From Octopus sinensis (Eukaryota): a stretch of DNA of 64,000 bases. The stretch covers positions 166,532,001-166,596,000 of the forward strand of contig NC_042998.1 of NCBI RefSeq assembly GCF_006345805.1, given 5' to 3'. The notes beneath the pieces are model-generated. The model ran no database searches. It saw only the letters and a program-made list of their open reading frames with translations, and was not told where the DNA came from. This document shows, piece by piece, positions 38,920 through 52,933 of this stretch (positions are counted from its first letter, which is position 1; each line of letters opens with the position of its first letter). The position numbers and the translations under genes were made by a program.

Positions 38920-39960
38920 TTTTACTTGTTTCAATCATTAGACTGCGGCCATACTGGGGCATCACCTTGGAACGTTTTCGTCGAATGAAAGGACCACAGC
39001 ACATTCCTTTAAACCTGGTGGTACTTATTCTATCGGTCAACTTTGCCCAATCGTCAAGTTACAGACACAAAGATACAAACATAAGCATGTGTGTGTGTGT
39101 GTTTGTGTGTGTACGCTACAGGCTTGTTTCAGTTTCCGTCAACCAAATTCCCTCACAAGGCTTTGGTCCACCCGCGGCTATAGCAGAAGACACACTTGCC
39201 GCGCAATGGGTTGAGCCGAACCCGGACGTGTGTGGCCGAGAAGTAAGATCCTTACCACACAGCCACGCACGCAAACGGGTTTTTTTTAAGCAGAATGGGA
39301 CAAAAAAAAAAAAAAGATTAAAAATTGCATTGGAAGTAGCTTGCTAACCAACCACATGGATCCGGGTTCAGTCCCACTGCGTGGCATCTTGGGCAGGTGT
39401 CTTCTGCTATAGCCCCGGGCCGACCAATGTCTTGTGAGTGGATTTGGTAGACGGAAACTGAAAGAAGCCTGTCGTATATATGTATGTGTGTGTATGTTTG
39501 TGTGTCTGTGTTTGTCCCCCTAGCATTGCTTGACAACCGATGCTGGTGTTTTTACGTCCCCGTCACTTAGCGGTTCGGCAAAAGAGATTGATAGAATAAG
39601 TACTGGGCTTCCAAAGAATAAGTCCCGGGGTCGATTTGCTCGACTAAAGACGGTGCTCCAGCATGGCCGCAGTCAAATGACTGAAACATGTAAAAGAGTA
39701 AACAGTAAAGAGAGAGATACACTCCCAAGCACATACAAACGCACACACGTGTGTGTGTGTGTGTGTGTGTTTGTCCCGTACTACCGCTTGACAACCGGTG
39801 TTCGTGTGTTTCCGGCGAGTAACTTAATGATTCGGCAATCGATTGAATAAATACAAGGCTTTAAAAATAAACATAAGTACTGGAGTCGATTTATTAAAAA
39901 TAAAATCTATTCAAGGTGGTGTCCCTGCATAGCCGCAGTCTAATTAATTACTGAAATGAA
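38920..39960. mobile_element. Cluster of SINE-A copies
   Basis: Minus copy ~38920-39270, plus copy 39334-39705, tail fragment ~39770-39960. Confidence 0.8.
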
Positions 39961-40181
39961 TAATAAAAAAAAATGTGTTTATGTTAGAAATCTAACAACT
40001 ATTTTATCTTTATTGCTTTAACTCTATCGTATCGACCTAGAAGTGAAATATGACAAAGCTGACCTTGTCTGGATTTGAAATCTGAACTTAAAAGAGTCGG
40101 ATAAAAAACGGCAAAACATTTTATCTGATATATTAACGCCTTCCCGAAAATTAAGCCCGTGTCTTACATTACAAGCAAATA

Positions 40182-40240
<59 letters not shown>

Positions 40241-40649
40241 AAAAGAGGGCGGTTGATGGTAGAGAATCAGTAGAGCATTGAATAAAATAGTTTTTACTAT
40301 TTACTCAAGGCCCTTTCCAGTTTGACATAAAATCCAGCTGAGATCGACGTTGCCTTTCATCTTTCCTCTATCGATTATATCAAGCATGAGCCGATTAGTG
40401 GGGTCGATCTAATTAACTTTAGTCTCCACCCTTCCCGTAAACTTTTTGGCCTTGCACGTGTCATCAGACAGAATCATTAGCACTTCAGACAAAATGTTTA
40501 GCGAGATTTCGTCCGTCCTTACGTTCTGAAGTCAAATTCCGCCTTGCCGAGCCAATAAAATAAGTACCAGTTGACTAATGAGGTCGATATAATCGATTAG
40601 TCTCCTTCCCAAAATACATCAGGCTTTGTGCCTATTGTAGAAAGAACTA

Positions 40650-40699
40650 AAGCTTTGTGAGTGGATTTGGTAGACGGAAACTGAAAGAAGCTCATCGTA

Positions 40700-40769
<70 letters not shown>

Positions 40770-41010
40770 GTGTGTGTGTGTGTGTGTGTATGTTTGTGTG
40801 TCTGTGTTTGTCCCCCAGCATCGCTTGATAACCGATGCTGGTGTGTTTACGTCCCCGTAACTCAGCGGTTCGGCAAAAGAGACCGATAGAGTAAGTACTA
40901 GGCTTACAAAGAATAAGTCCTGGAGTCGATTTGCTCGACTAAAGGCGGTGCTCCAGCATGGCCGCAGTCAAATGACTGAAACAAGTAAAAGAGTAAAAGA
41001 GTAAAGAGTA
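40650..41010 (+). mobile_element. 5'-truncated SINE-A
   Basis: Body, internal microsatellite and complete tail. Confidence 0.85.
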
Positions 41011-41073
41011 AATATATCCTAAGCAAAAATTTTTTCAGTGACCCTAAAATACTATTGTGGATACCCAATTTAC

Positions 41074-41493
41074 GGATCTTTTCGGTTTGAACGGCAGTTT
41101 TTTCTAGCGGTGTCATATGAAATTGTCACCTATAATTATGACCCTAGTATCGATCTATTGCATTTCAATCTGTTTTAGGGTTAGGGTTAGGTTTTGGTGG
41201 GGGGAAGGATATCTTTTTTTCTTAACAAATGTAAATAAACCCAATCTGTTTCTTAAACGAGGGACATATTCATACGGCACAGAATGTTTTTTACTTCAAT
41301 AGACGTCAGTGATTGGTTGAAATTGCAGAAATTGAAGAAAAAAACAACAAATATCTTACAAACTATAGAAGTTTCTCAATTATGCCAAGAGAAAAAGATG
41401 TTGTATAAACACATTCTCCCAGTATACGAACTTTGAAATTGTTTAGTTACCTAGAAATTATGTTAAAAACTGCCGTTCAAACCGAAAAGATCT
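41074..41493 (+). mobile_element. 420-bp MITE with ~29-bp TIRs and 8-bp TSD (Merlin/Mutator-like)
   Basis: TIRs ggatcttttcggtttgaacggcagttttt / aaaaactgccgttcaaaccgaaaagatct; caatttac at 41066-41073 and 41494-41501; internal ttagggttagggttagg. Confidence 0.85.
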
Positions 41494-42405
41494 CAATTTA
41501 CTATTTTGTTGCAGCCCCACAAAATTTTATATGGACAGTCACTGGTTGAGAACCACTACTCTAAACTCTGCTAGTAAGTCGTATATGATCGTAGTTCGTC
41601 CACTACCCTGCCTACTACCTATCATCAAAATCTGACGCGATTAAAATTTGGCTGCTTGATGGTTCCAGATGCCTGTTGAGGTATTATATTCAATTCGGTC
41701 TAAATTCTTCGAATAACTTAGCACAGCTGCCAAATAAGTTGCCAGTTGTTTTGTAGTGACTTTTGTGTATGCGTTTGTGTATATATATGTGTGTGTGTGT
41801 GTGCGTGTGTACACGCGCGCGAAAGAATCTTATGCGTGTGAGTGTGTGTACGTGTGTGTCCTACATGTATGAGTGTCTGCATATATGTGTTTGTATTTGT
41901 ATGTGTATGTTTCTGTGAGTATATGTGTGTGAGCGTGTGTGTGGGTATGTATGTGTGTATTTCTGTGAGTACACGTGTGTGCGCTCGCATATGTGGGTGC
42001 GTATGCGTTCAAGGGTTGTTTGTGTATGCGCGGGGTGTCAGTCTGAGCGTGTGTGTGTATGTGTGTGTGTGTGTGTGTGTTTGTGTGTGTGCGCGAGTGC
42101 GCGTGTTTGCGTCTGTTCCTGAATATGATTGTGTTTGTGCACGCATGTGTGTGTGTGTGTGTGTGTGGAAAGGCACGTGTTTGTAAGTATACTGGGTTTA
42201 AAACTGCGTGCATTTGTGCAAGTATATAGGTGTGCATAGTATATGTGCAAGCATGTGAATGTATGTATATGTGTAAGTCTCTGTGTGTATCTGGTTGTCT
42301 GCCTATATATGTGTGTGCGCGTGTGTGCGTGTGTGTCTGAGTGTGTAGAAAGAGACATGTGTGTATATTGTACCTGATGCTTTTTATTATTATTTTATAG
42401 AAGTG

Positions 42406-42444
<39 letters not shown>

Positions 42445-42716
42445 AACAAACTTACTTAGAAATGGATGCGTGCGTTCCGTCATATAATAAATAAAATAAA
42501 ACATATGCATATATACATATATGCACGTACCTACCTCTACATGTATATATACATGCATATACCAAAAAACGTCGAACACAATGAGAAACGAAAATATGAA
42601 CACAAAACCAAGGAAATTTACATTTTTCTTAAACAACGAAAAAATAGAGTACAGGACATACAATACAATGAAAATTCCCCTTCTTCAGTCGCCTCTGTTT
42701 CATCTACTCCGCGTTT

Positions 42717-42778
<62 letters not shown>

Positions 42779-42834
42779 AAACTTTCAAACACTAAGATTT
42801 GAAATAAGTTGTCACTACTGTTAATATCATCTAC

Positions 42835-43243
42835 TCTTTTCCTTGTTTCAGTCAGTTGATTGCGGCTATGCGGAAGCACCGCCTTTAGTCGAGCAAATCG
42901 AGCCCAGGACTTATTCTTTGTAAGCCTAATACTTATTCTATCGGTCTTCTTTGCCGAACCTCTAAGTTACGGGGACGTAAATACACCAGCATCGGTTGTC
43001 AAACGATGTGGTGGTGGGGACAAACATAGACACACAAACATATACACACACATACATATACATATATACATATATACACGACGGGCTTCTTTTCAGTTTC
43101 CGTCTACCAAATCCACTCACAAGGCTTTGGTCGGCCGGAAGCTATAGTAGAAGACACTTGCCCAAGGTGCCACACAGAGGGTCTGAAGCCAGAACCATGT
43201 GGTTTGTAAGCAAGCTACTTACCACACAGCCACTCCTGCGCCT
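42835..43243 (-). mobile_element. Full-length SINE-A
   Basis: Complete reverse-complement match. Further copies at 33960-34125, 44270-44945, 45547-45698, 47328-47760, 56085-56655 and 57367-57560. Confidence 0.88.
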
Positions 43244-44153
43244 ATCTGTGGATAAAATTTAAAGCTGATGGTATCAACAGTAGTAACATAGGTGATCCTC
43301 AGGCAAATAGCATTATTTAGCTATTTGCACGAAGCGTGTTTTTGGCGCAAAACAAAACCAGTACCCAAGCGGAGTTTATTGTGACAGCCTTAAATTTTTA
43401 CTCGGTAGTCCATACTGAAGAAGCTCAAGGATTAAATTTCCAAAAGCCGAAATCCGGGTATGTGGATGTCCTAAACTGCATAATCTTTTTATAGTTGTGC
43501 TTTTAAATGTATTAATTCTTTTCGTTTTCCACGCCTAGTGTTATTTCTCGGTGGTTTAATTAAGACTTTAGCTATTATTTCTAACACGTGTACGCTTTTA
43601 TGCATCCTTACGCTTCGTGCAAATTTATATATATATATACATACATACATACATACATACATACATACATACATACACACATACATGGTGGCTGCCCCCT
43701 CGTTATCGAGTATGACCATTGCACGAAGCTTAATCAATGTTGTTATCGTGCAATGCCTGTGCAAGAAGTTTTTTTTTTTAAGTGAGGAAAGGCTGTGCAC
43801 TGAGTTAATCCCACTCACTAAGCAACAGCAGCCATAATCCGGAAAGAAGAACAAGTCAACATCATCGGTAACCACTGAGCCACAGATATTATGTTGGAGT
43901 TATCCCAGTTACCTGAGTCACCTTCTCCTAGGAGGATGCCCTAACAAAGGCTAGGAGTCCTTCACTCCCAATGGTTTAACCGAGCGATCGGGTATTCAGT
44001 CTAATTATTTCTATGTCCCTGCGCATGATACAACCTTAAGACATTCATTGGATGGCCGTTGTCTCTCAAGAGTTCCTCCGCCCTTTGACGGGTTTTGTCT
44101 TTCATCTCGCAGTAGCACTCGAATGTGACCTATATATATATATATATATACAC

Positions 44154-44230
<77 letters not shown>

Positions 44231-44726
44231 TATGTATATCTATGTATATCTATTTTTATTCATTTATGTGTTTCAGTCATTTGACTGCAGCCATGCTAGA
44301 GCACCGTCATGAAGTGCTTTTGTCGAATAATTCGAACTCCAAGACTTATTTTTAAGCCTACTATTTATTCTAGCAGTCTCTTTGCCGCTTCTCAAGCGAT
44401 GGTAGAGGGGGACAAACACGTACGCATAAATCTGTACAGGGTCACGAATGGCTGTGTGGATGGGCGCAGGATTGGCTGTGTGGATGGGTGCAGAAGTGGT
44501 TGTGTGGTAAGAAGCTTGCTTCCCAACCACATGGTTCCGGGTTCAGACCCACTGCGTAGCACCTAGGTCAAGTGTCTTCTACTATAGCCTCGGACCAACC
44601 AAAACCTTGTGAGTGGATTTGGTAGACGGAAACTGAAAGAAGCTCGTCGTATATATATATATATATATACACACATACAACACACATACATACACACATA
44701 CATACACACATACATACATACATACA

Positions 44727-44762
<36 letters not shown>

Positions 44763-44763
44763 T

Positions 44764-44803
<40 letters not shown>

Positions 44804-45317
44804 ATATATATATACGTATGTATGTATTTGTGTGTCTGTGCTGGTCGCTTGACAACCGACTCATGGTCTGTTTCCGTTCCCATAATCTAACTGTTCGGCA
44901 AAAGAGGCCAAAACAATAAGTACTAGGCTTACAAAGAATAAGCCCTAGTACGACAGGCTTCTTTCAGTTTCCGTCTACGAAATCCTCACAAGGCTTTGGC
45001 CGGCCCGAGGCTTTAGGAGATAAAAAACTTATGTGATGCATCAGTATGTGTTGCAGCCCACTATATTCTTTTATGCTTTTATTTGTTTCACTCTTTTTGA
45101 CTGTGGCCATGCGGGAGCCCCACTTTGAAGGATTTTAGTCGAATGAATCGACCCCAGGGCTTGTTATCTTAAGCCTAGAACTTATTCTATCATTCGTTTT
45201 TGCTGAACCGTAAGTTACGTGGACGTAAAGGTACCAAGGCTGGTTTTCATGCGGGATGGAGGAATATAGAAACAAAGACACACACACACTCATCACACAT
45301 ACACACACATACCCCCC

Positions 45318-45352
<35 letters not shown>

Positions 45353-46567
45353 ATATTATATATATAATATATATATATATGTATGTATGTATATATATAA
45401 TAGACCTTTATATAAATAACGTGAAATACACGAAGAGACGAACAAAAAGACAACGGGTCATTCAAGCCTTCATTCTTCAGTCAGAAACTGATCCCTCATC
45501 GCAGATTTCGGCTGTTTAATTCTGAGATCCGCTATACACACACTCACGACGGGCTACTTTGAGTTTCCGGCAACCAAATCCACTCACAAGGCTTTGATCG
45601 ACCCGGGGCTATAGTAAAAGACACCTGCCCAAGGTGTCACACAGTGGGACTGAACCCGGAACCATGTGGTTGGGAAGCAAGCTTCTTACCACACAGTCAC
45701 AAGTCACATCCTCGCCTATATGTAGAAAATTTCATGAAAACAATATCCGTTTTTCTGATATTTATAAGGAAACAAAGTCAGGTGGAAGCACACTCTTGTA
45801 GGTATGCATGTGACTATATCCTGTTTGGACCTGAGTATGTTCATGAGCGCTTGTATGTATTTGTATTTATTTTGCATATGCATGTGTGAGTCATCGTCGT
45901 TGTCGTCGTCGTCATCATGTGTCTTACGCTTTTACAGTGGGTTCACGGTACTACAACGAAAGTCTCCCCGATTAGGTGCGAGATCTCCCTTCGTTTTGAC
46001 CTATTCATAGTGCTTTCTTGGCAGAGATATTGGGGGTGGTTTGCCAATGCTTTTCCCGACAGGCTCAGTGGTTAGAGCGTCGGGCTCACAGTCATGAGGT
46101 AGTGAGTTCGATTCCCTGACTGGCTGTGTATTGTGTTCTTGAGCAAGACACTTTATGTTTCACTTTGATCCAGCTCCCTCAGCTGTAGAAATTAATTGCG
46201 TCATTACTGGTGCCAAGCTATATCAACTTTTGCCTTTCCCTTGGTTAACATCAGTGGCATGGCGATGGGAGGCTGGTATGCATGGGCGACTGCTTGTCTT
46301 CCATAAACAACCTTGGCTGGACTTGTACCTCAGAGGGTATCTATTTAGGTACAATCCCATGGTCAGTCATGACCAAAGTGGATCTTTACCCTTTGCCCCA
46401 ACAGCACGATCGTTGGCCCACAAGAAACTCATCCACCCTTCTACAGGTCTTATTTCTAGTCCTGCTGAGTGTCCGGTACCCCTCTCACAAAAGTAGCATA
46501 CTACTCAAATGAGCGAGCCGGTTTAACCACTGAATACCCAACCATGGAGCAGGTAGTGTTAGTTTGT

Positions 46568-46732
46568 GGAGGCGCAATGACCCAGTGGTTAGGGCAGCGG
46601 ACTCGCGGTCGTAGGATCGCGGTTTCGATTCCCAGACCGGGCGTTATGAGTGTTTATTGAGCGAAAACACCTAAAAGCTCCACGAGGCTCCGGCAGGGGA
46701 TGGTGGTGATCCCTGCTGTACTCTTTCACCAC

Positions 46733-46807
<75 letters not shown>

Positions 46808-47010
46808 TTCCTGTTTCTGTTGTACCTGTATTTCAAAGGGCCGGCCTTGTCACTCTCTGTGTCACGCTGAATATCCCCGAGAACTACGTTAAGGGTACGC
46901 GTGTCTGTGGAGTGCTCAGCCACTTACACGTTAATTTCACGAGCAGGCTGTTCCGTTGATTCGGATCAACCGGAACCCTCGTCGTCGGAACCGACGAAGT
47001 GCTTCCATCC
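46568..47010 (+). mobile_element. Full-length SINE-C
   Basis: ggaggcgcaatgacccagtggttaggg (A box), ggtttcgattccc (B box), internal (CT)n and a unique tail. Confidence 0.8.
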
Positions 47011-47553
47011 ATCCAGTGTTAGTTTACATGACGCCAGTAGCAGGTTTTATCCCCCTGTAATGGGATCTCTGGCATGTCAATATATGTGAGTGGAAATACG
47101 AAAACGTGAAAAATATATACTCTTCAAACTGTTCTATGTTAACATGATGTATCTATTTGCACATGTGTAGTTATGCACGGCTGTGAAGACCCTAGACTGT
47201 GTGATGTGTATTGTGCATGAAACTAAGATCATGTGAGTTTGTGCATGTTTCTGTATGTGTGTTAAATGAGTATGTGTGTCTAAGCTCCACGTAACTGTGT
47301 GTCTATGGTTCTGTATCTGCCAACTTTTGCTTGTTTCAGTTATTGGACTGCGGCCATTTGTGGCACTGCGGTGCTGCCTTGAAGGGTTTAGTCGAACAAA
47401 TCGACCCAGTTCATTCTTTTAAAACCCGGTATATACTCTGTTGGTGTTCTTTTACCGAAGTGCTAAGCTGTGGGGGATAAGAATAAATAAACACTGGTTG
47501 TCACGCGGTGCTAGGGCACACACACATACAAACACAAAACACATACACACACA

Positions 47554-47616
<63 letters not shown>

Positions 47617-48150
47617 CAGGCTTCTTTTAATTTTTGCCTACCATATCCACTCACATGGCATTAGCTGGTCCGGAGCTACAGTAGAAGACACTTGTCCAAG
47701 GTGCCACGCAGTGCGATTGAACCCAAGACTATGTGGTTGGGAAGCAAACTTCTTAACCACTCAAATACGTCTTCGATGTATACGTACAAGGTTTTAAGTA
47801 TGTAATTACGTATGTATAGTCTGTAAGAATGTCTGCATCGGCGCGTTTGTTTGACTACATGTATAAAAATAAGTATCATACATAATGAATAGATACATCT
47901 CACCAATACAAACCCATGCAATGCTCTCATGTGTACCTTTCTAATCGCTCACACAACACATGCAGAGAAAGAGAGGGAGGGGAGACTATGTACCCCAGGT
48001 GCGTACTTACAGCTGGGTATATGCAGCTATATAATATATACAACAAGGTGTATATTTTCAGTTAGGTATACGCAGCCATGTAATATATACAATAAGGTGT
48101 GCTTTGTATCTCTCACGAAAATACGCACACACACACACACACACAAGTCA

Positions 48151-48211
<61 letters not shown>

Positions 48212-48789
48212 CACACACAACACACACACACACACACACACATTTATACACATAAATCCGAGCGTACTGTGTGGGGTGGAAGATGATGCACTACCGTCGC
48301 AACGACTTTGATAGTGTTCGAAATATCAGATGTCACGGAACAAAATGAACCAACATCAACAGTGTCGTGACATTGTGTACGTATGTGTGTGTGTGTACAC
48401 ACACACGCACACACTCTTGACACTTTTACGCATATACTGATGAATTAGTTTTGTTTGAGATGTGTAAATCACGAGACTTCTCACTTGAGTCAATTACTTA
48501 ACTTTATGACTAAATAATTTGTAAAAGTCGATGAAATAGTTGTAGCATTATGCAATAAAAGTTGTTCCTAGGTCCATATATAATGAATTATATGCTTGAG
48601 TGTGTGTTTGTGTGTATGCATGTATGTTTATGTATATATATCCTTATCTTCTTGGAGATTTGGGGTAAAATTATACTAATGTCTCCTAATTTAATTAAAT
48701 TCTATGTCTTTGTACAGCTGAAGATTGCTCTACATTTTAAATTGATGTAGTGAAATATGTATGTATGTATATGTACACACACACACACA

Positions 48790-48820
<31 letters not shown>

Positions 48821-48854
48821 ATATATATATATATATTATATATATATATATATA

Positions 48855-48896
<42 letters not shown>

Positions 48897-48919
48897 ATCT
48901 GTATACGTACACACACATA

Positions 48920-49790
48920 CAGTTGTGGACCTCAACTGGGTTTTAAGAGTATCAGTAGTTTTTGAGATGTAAATTATCTTCTGACCCTGAAGAGAGGGAC
49001 TAGCTGTTGGAATGCGATCCCAGTAGTGTTTAAGGATATGTCTTTAAGGATATACCTTTGCCCGAAGAAATCTGAGTGAAAGTGAGTCTCAACAATTTGA
49101 GCGATTTTGAGGGTTTTAACTAAGTATTTCCTATGACTAGGGTAGTGGGATACGATGATGTGTTCTTGATATCAAGGCTTTTTGTATTTTCTTGCTATTG
49201 AAAAGGACAAGATAAGCAGAGTCACATGGGAGAATATTTTTGAGGTCACTGTTTTCGGAGTCAAGTGTGTGCTTGGTGTCCGAGTTCAATGTTGCGAATG
49301 AATAATGCATGGTTAAAGAATATTAGGGAAGAACGAAGTGCCATCTGTGAAAGTAAGATGCGAGTAAGATGTTGATAAATAGTACGATAGTTGATAAATT
49401 GAAGAAAATGAGTTGTGAACACAGTGAACTTGAAATAATGAGGAAGAGAATGAGATCCATCAGCACACGCTGCAATAATGCGATCTGATAGGAAACCTCC
49501 GATCTAAGAAATGAAAGACGGGTGGTGCCCATGGGCAGGAAGTTTCAATTTCAATAGGAGATTCGCTTGCCAGACACGCTCGAAAGCTTCGGTGATGTCG
49601 AAAGCAACAACATTGCTTTCACCAAATTCTTCATAAGAATTCACTCGTGAGTGTCAAAAGAAAGAAATTTTATTTGGCTCTCTTTGTGTAACTAAATAAC
49701 CGATATCAGAAACTTTGGTAATTTCTTGCGGTAAGTGTCACACGTTTAGTTCAACTTTGCAGAAACATGGTTAATTGTGCCTGAAAGAAC
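48920..49790 (-). pseudogene. Old CR1/L2-group RT fragment
   Basis: EFGESNVVAFDITEAFERVWQANLLLKLP resembles the ALDISKAFDRVWH motif; degenerate downstream motifs follow. Confidence 0.65.
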
Positions 49791-50566
49791 AAAGGTGAGA
49801 GCTTCTCGAATAAAAAGGCCTCTGCTGCTGGTGTTGTCATTGTCCAACCTAACAAACGCTGTTAGAATTGTAACTGTACTCCTGTTATTATATAAACACC
49901 TCAAGGCGGCGAGCTGGCAGAATCATTAGCACGCCGGACAAAATAATTAGCAGCATTTCGTCCGTCTGCAATATCTAAATTCAAATTCTGCTGAGGTCAA
50001 CTTTGCCTTTCATCCTTTCGGGGTCGATAAATTAGGTACCAGTGAAACACTGGGGTCGATGTAATCGACTAGTCCCCTCCCCTCAAATTCCGTGCCTTTA
50101 GTAGAAAGAATTATATCAACACCTCAAGGTGGCGAGCAGGCAGAATTGTTAGCGCACCGGGCAAAATGCTTAGCGGCATTTCGTTCGCCTTTACTTTCTG
50201 AGTTCAAATTCTGCGGGAGTCGATTTTGCCTTTCATCGTTTTTTTTTTGGGGGGGGGGGCTATAAAATAAGTACCAGTTGAAAATTGAAGTCGATTTAGT
50301 CGACTCAGTACCTCTCCCAAACCTGCTGGCCTTGTGCTAAAATTTGAAACTATTATAAAAACACCATAGACTGGTAGAGAAGTGTAGATTCGAATGAATC
50401 TGCTGGAAAAGGTACAACAATGGTTCCCAAAATATTCCGGATTACTGATTTTTGCGAGCAGGAGGTGGTCACACTCTAAATTAAACTAACATTAAGTTTA
50501 AATAATTAAATGAAATATGGATGCCTGTATATTAGTATAAATGATACAAATTTATTAATATTGTAC

Positions 50567-50704
50567 TTGTGCAAGATACAAGTAATCTGGTTTGGCGGCC
50601 TCGGGAATTTGAAGTTCCTTCTCGTAAATTATTGCGGAGTATAAGAGGTTTCGCACTCTCAGTATCCGGAAAGTTTGTGCTGTACCTGACCTGTATATTC
50701 TCGA
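50567..50704 (-). CDS. Candidate 138-nt internal exon
   Basis: T-rich acceptor atttaattccag; open frame SRIYRSGTAQTFRILRVRNLLYSAIIYEKELQIPEAAKPDYLYLAQ; weak donor CAA|gtacaa; phase-compatible with the 51239-51270 candidate. Confidence 0.35.
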
Positions 50705-51238
50705 CTGGAATTAAATTATAAATATTAGATAATATAAAACAGAAGCAAAATTAAACACTATAAGTTCATTTTAATAGTCTATTTAATTTCTCAGTCTAAC
50801 GCTTTTTTGGGTTTTTTTTACAAATATATATAAACAAATTAAAATACATAAATGTCCCCTAAACTAACTATTTCACCATACTGATTTCTTTTATCTGTGA
50901 TCGTTGTATACTTCAGGTTATCCCGGTCAGGAAAAATCGAAGCTATTCTAGCCGTGAACATACCATCCTCTTATTTTCAGAATTAAGTTATCTAGGATTA
51001 CGGTATTCAATATGTTATTATATTAAGACCGTAGTGTGAGATTTGTGGAAAGATAACAATTCTATAAGCGGTTCTATCGCTGCTTCGTTTCAAACCGCCC
51101 ATAGTGTTTTGCCGAGGTATGGTAGCAATAGTTTTCTATTATACCGGTGAAAATATTTCTGAAAGAAAGTTTGAAAATGTTATTCCTGAAATAATTTACA
51201 CATGTAAAATTAGAAACGTGTGTTATTCTGTCACTCAC

Positions 51239-51270
51239 CTCTAGGTGCACATTTGCTACAACGGAAACAG
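51239..51270 (-). CDS. Candidate 32-nt micro-exon
   Basis: ttgacttacag|CTGTTTCC...CTAGAG|gtgagt, consensus splice sites on both sides; encodes xVSVVANVHLE. Confidence 0.4.
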
Positions 51271-52083
51271 CTGTAAGTCAATGAGTGTAATTATGTAAAT
51301 TATTTCTGAAAGAAAGTTTGAAAATATATATCCTGAAATAAATTTACATAACTAAAATTATATAAGTTTACATAAATAAAATTACAAACCTATGTCATAT
51401 TTTCATTATCTCTGAGTGCACAGTTAATTAAGGCGGAAATGGCTGTAAGGCAACGAGAGTGATTATGCAACTCCTCTTCTTTTGTCATTTAAGTATCATA
51501 CTATTATTATGCTCTGTACTTATCTTCCGGTTTATATAGAAGTCGAGAGATGAGTGAATTCACGCTACCTCGCCGCCGGAGCGTTCAAATATTATAAATA
51601 TTTATAAATATATTATTCTTTTGTTATTTTATACGTTCCAACCCTAAGGCTGTGGCCATGCTCGGGCACCGCCAGTGTACAATTATTGTTTTTGTTTGTT
51701 CCTTCTCGAGCCACGCCTGGCTCATAGGGCCGGTTGCCCGGTTTCATTGGCGTATAGGTTCCCCACCTGGACGGGACGCCGGTCCGTCGCAGGTGAGCTG
51801 CGAAATGCAGGAGGAAGGACTGAGAGAAAGTTGTGGCAAAAGAGTCAGCAGAAGTGTACGCCATTACGTTTTGCCGGACCCAGAAGTTGCTGGTAAAAAC
51901 AGGTGGGATTGGCTGATGAAAGGAACCCCAAAAAAGAGAGAGCGAGTGCACTATACTGGCAGCGCAAGACCAAGCTTTGGTCATGAAGTGGGAGAGGGGT
52001 CAACCTTAGGAATGAGCAAGTGTCTCCACTGTAATGCATCTGCAATAGAGTGGATGAAACCATTGCCCATATCACGAACGAAT

Positions 52084-52138
52084 GATAAACAGCGCATGAC
52101 CTTGCAGATGAGGCCCAGTTAGAATTTTCTTCATGTCG

Positions 52139-52194
<56 letters not shown>

Positions 52195-52393
52195 AAGAAA
52201 AGTGCCATTGTCATCTAGTGAGCGATATTTCGATATCTCGTGTGTCTTCAACAGGTTCAAAAAATAATTTTGTCAATCTACTTCATCTGGTTTAATATAA
52301 TGAAGTGGATTGACAAAATTATTTTTTGATCCTGTTGAAGACACACGAGATGTCGAAATATCGTTCACTAGATGACAATGACACTTTTCTTTA

Positions 52394-52468
<75 letters not shown>

Positions 52469-52524
52469 CGACATGAAGAAAATTCTAACTGGGCCCCAAT
52501 CTGCAAGGTCATGCGCTGTTTATC
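52084..52524. repeat. ~440-bp palindrome containing paired HHR variants and (ATT)n/(AAT)n
   Basis: 52084-52286 mirrors 52300-52524 around a 13-bp spacer. Confidence 0.9.
52328..52366 (+). ncRNA. Minimal type I HHR variant (A6U)
   Basis: gatc-CTGTTGA-a-gaca cacgaga tgtc-GAAA-ta-TC-gttc. The mirror copy (52220-52258) has gaac on the 5' side, so the consensus stem I is gaac/gttc. Confidence 0.5.
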
Positions 52525-52873
52525 TTCATATGAGATCATCATGTCGCGCACATATAGTTGTGATGCATGTGCCTAGTGTACTCTTATCAGACGGGTAGTC
52601 ATGATGGGTATACTGGGCTTCATATATTTTACCCCAAATTTTTGCCACAGGGGCAGCTTGGGGGAAGTGGGAATGGGTTGGTGATCGATTACATCGACCC
52701 CAGTGTTCAACTGGTACTTATTTTATTTTACCCTGACAGGATGAAAAGGCAAAGTCGACCTCGGCGGAATTTGAACTCAGAACTTAGCAACGGGCTAATT
52801 ACCGCTAAGCATTTCGCCCGGCGTGCTAACGATTCTACCAGCTCGTCGCCTTAATAATGATAGTGACATTACA

Positions 52874-52933
<60 letters not shown>

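Noticed and set aside
43688-44125. Possible RTE-related non-autonomous element (end similar to 12854-12885)
   Set aside because: Only a short match and no recognisable coding or promoter motifs, so it cannot be classified.
46568-46640. Functional tRNA genes at SINE heads
   Set aside because: A and B boxes are present, but acceptor and anticodon stems are imperfect and each continues into SINE body sequence.
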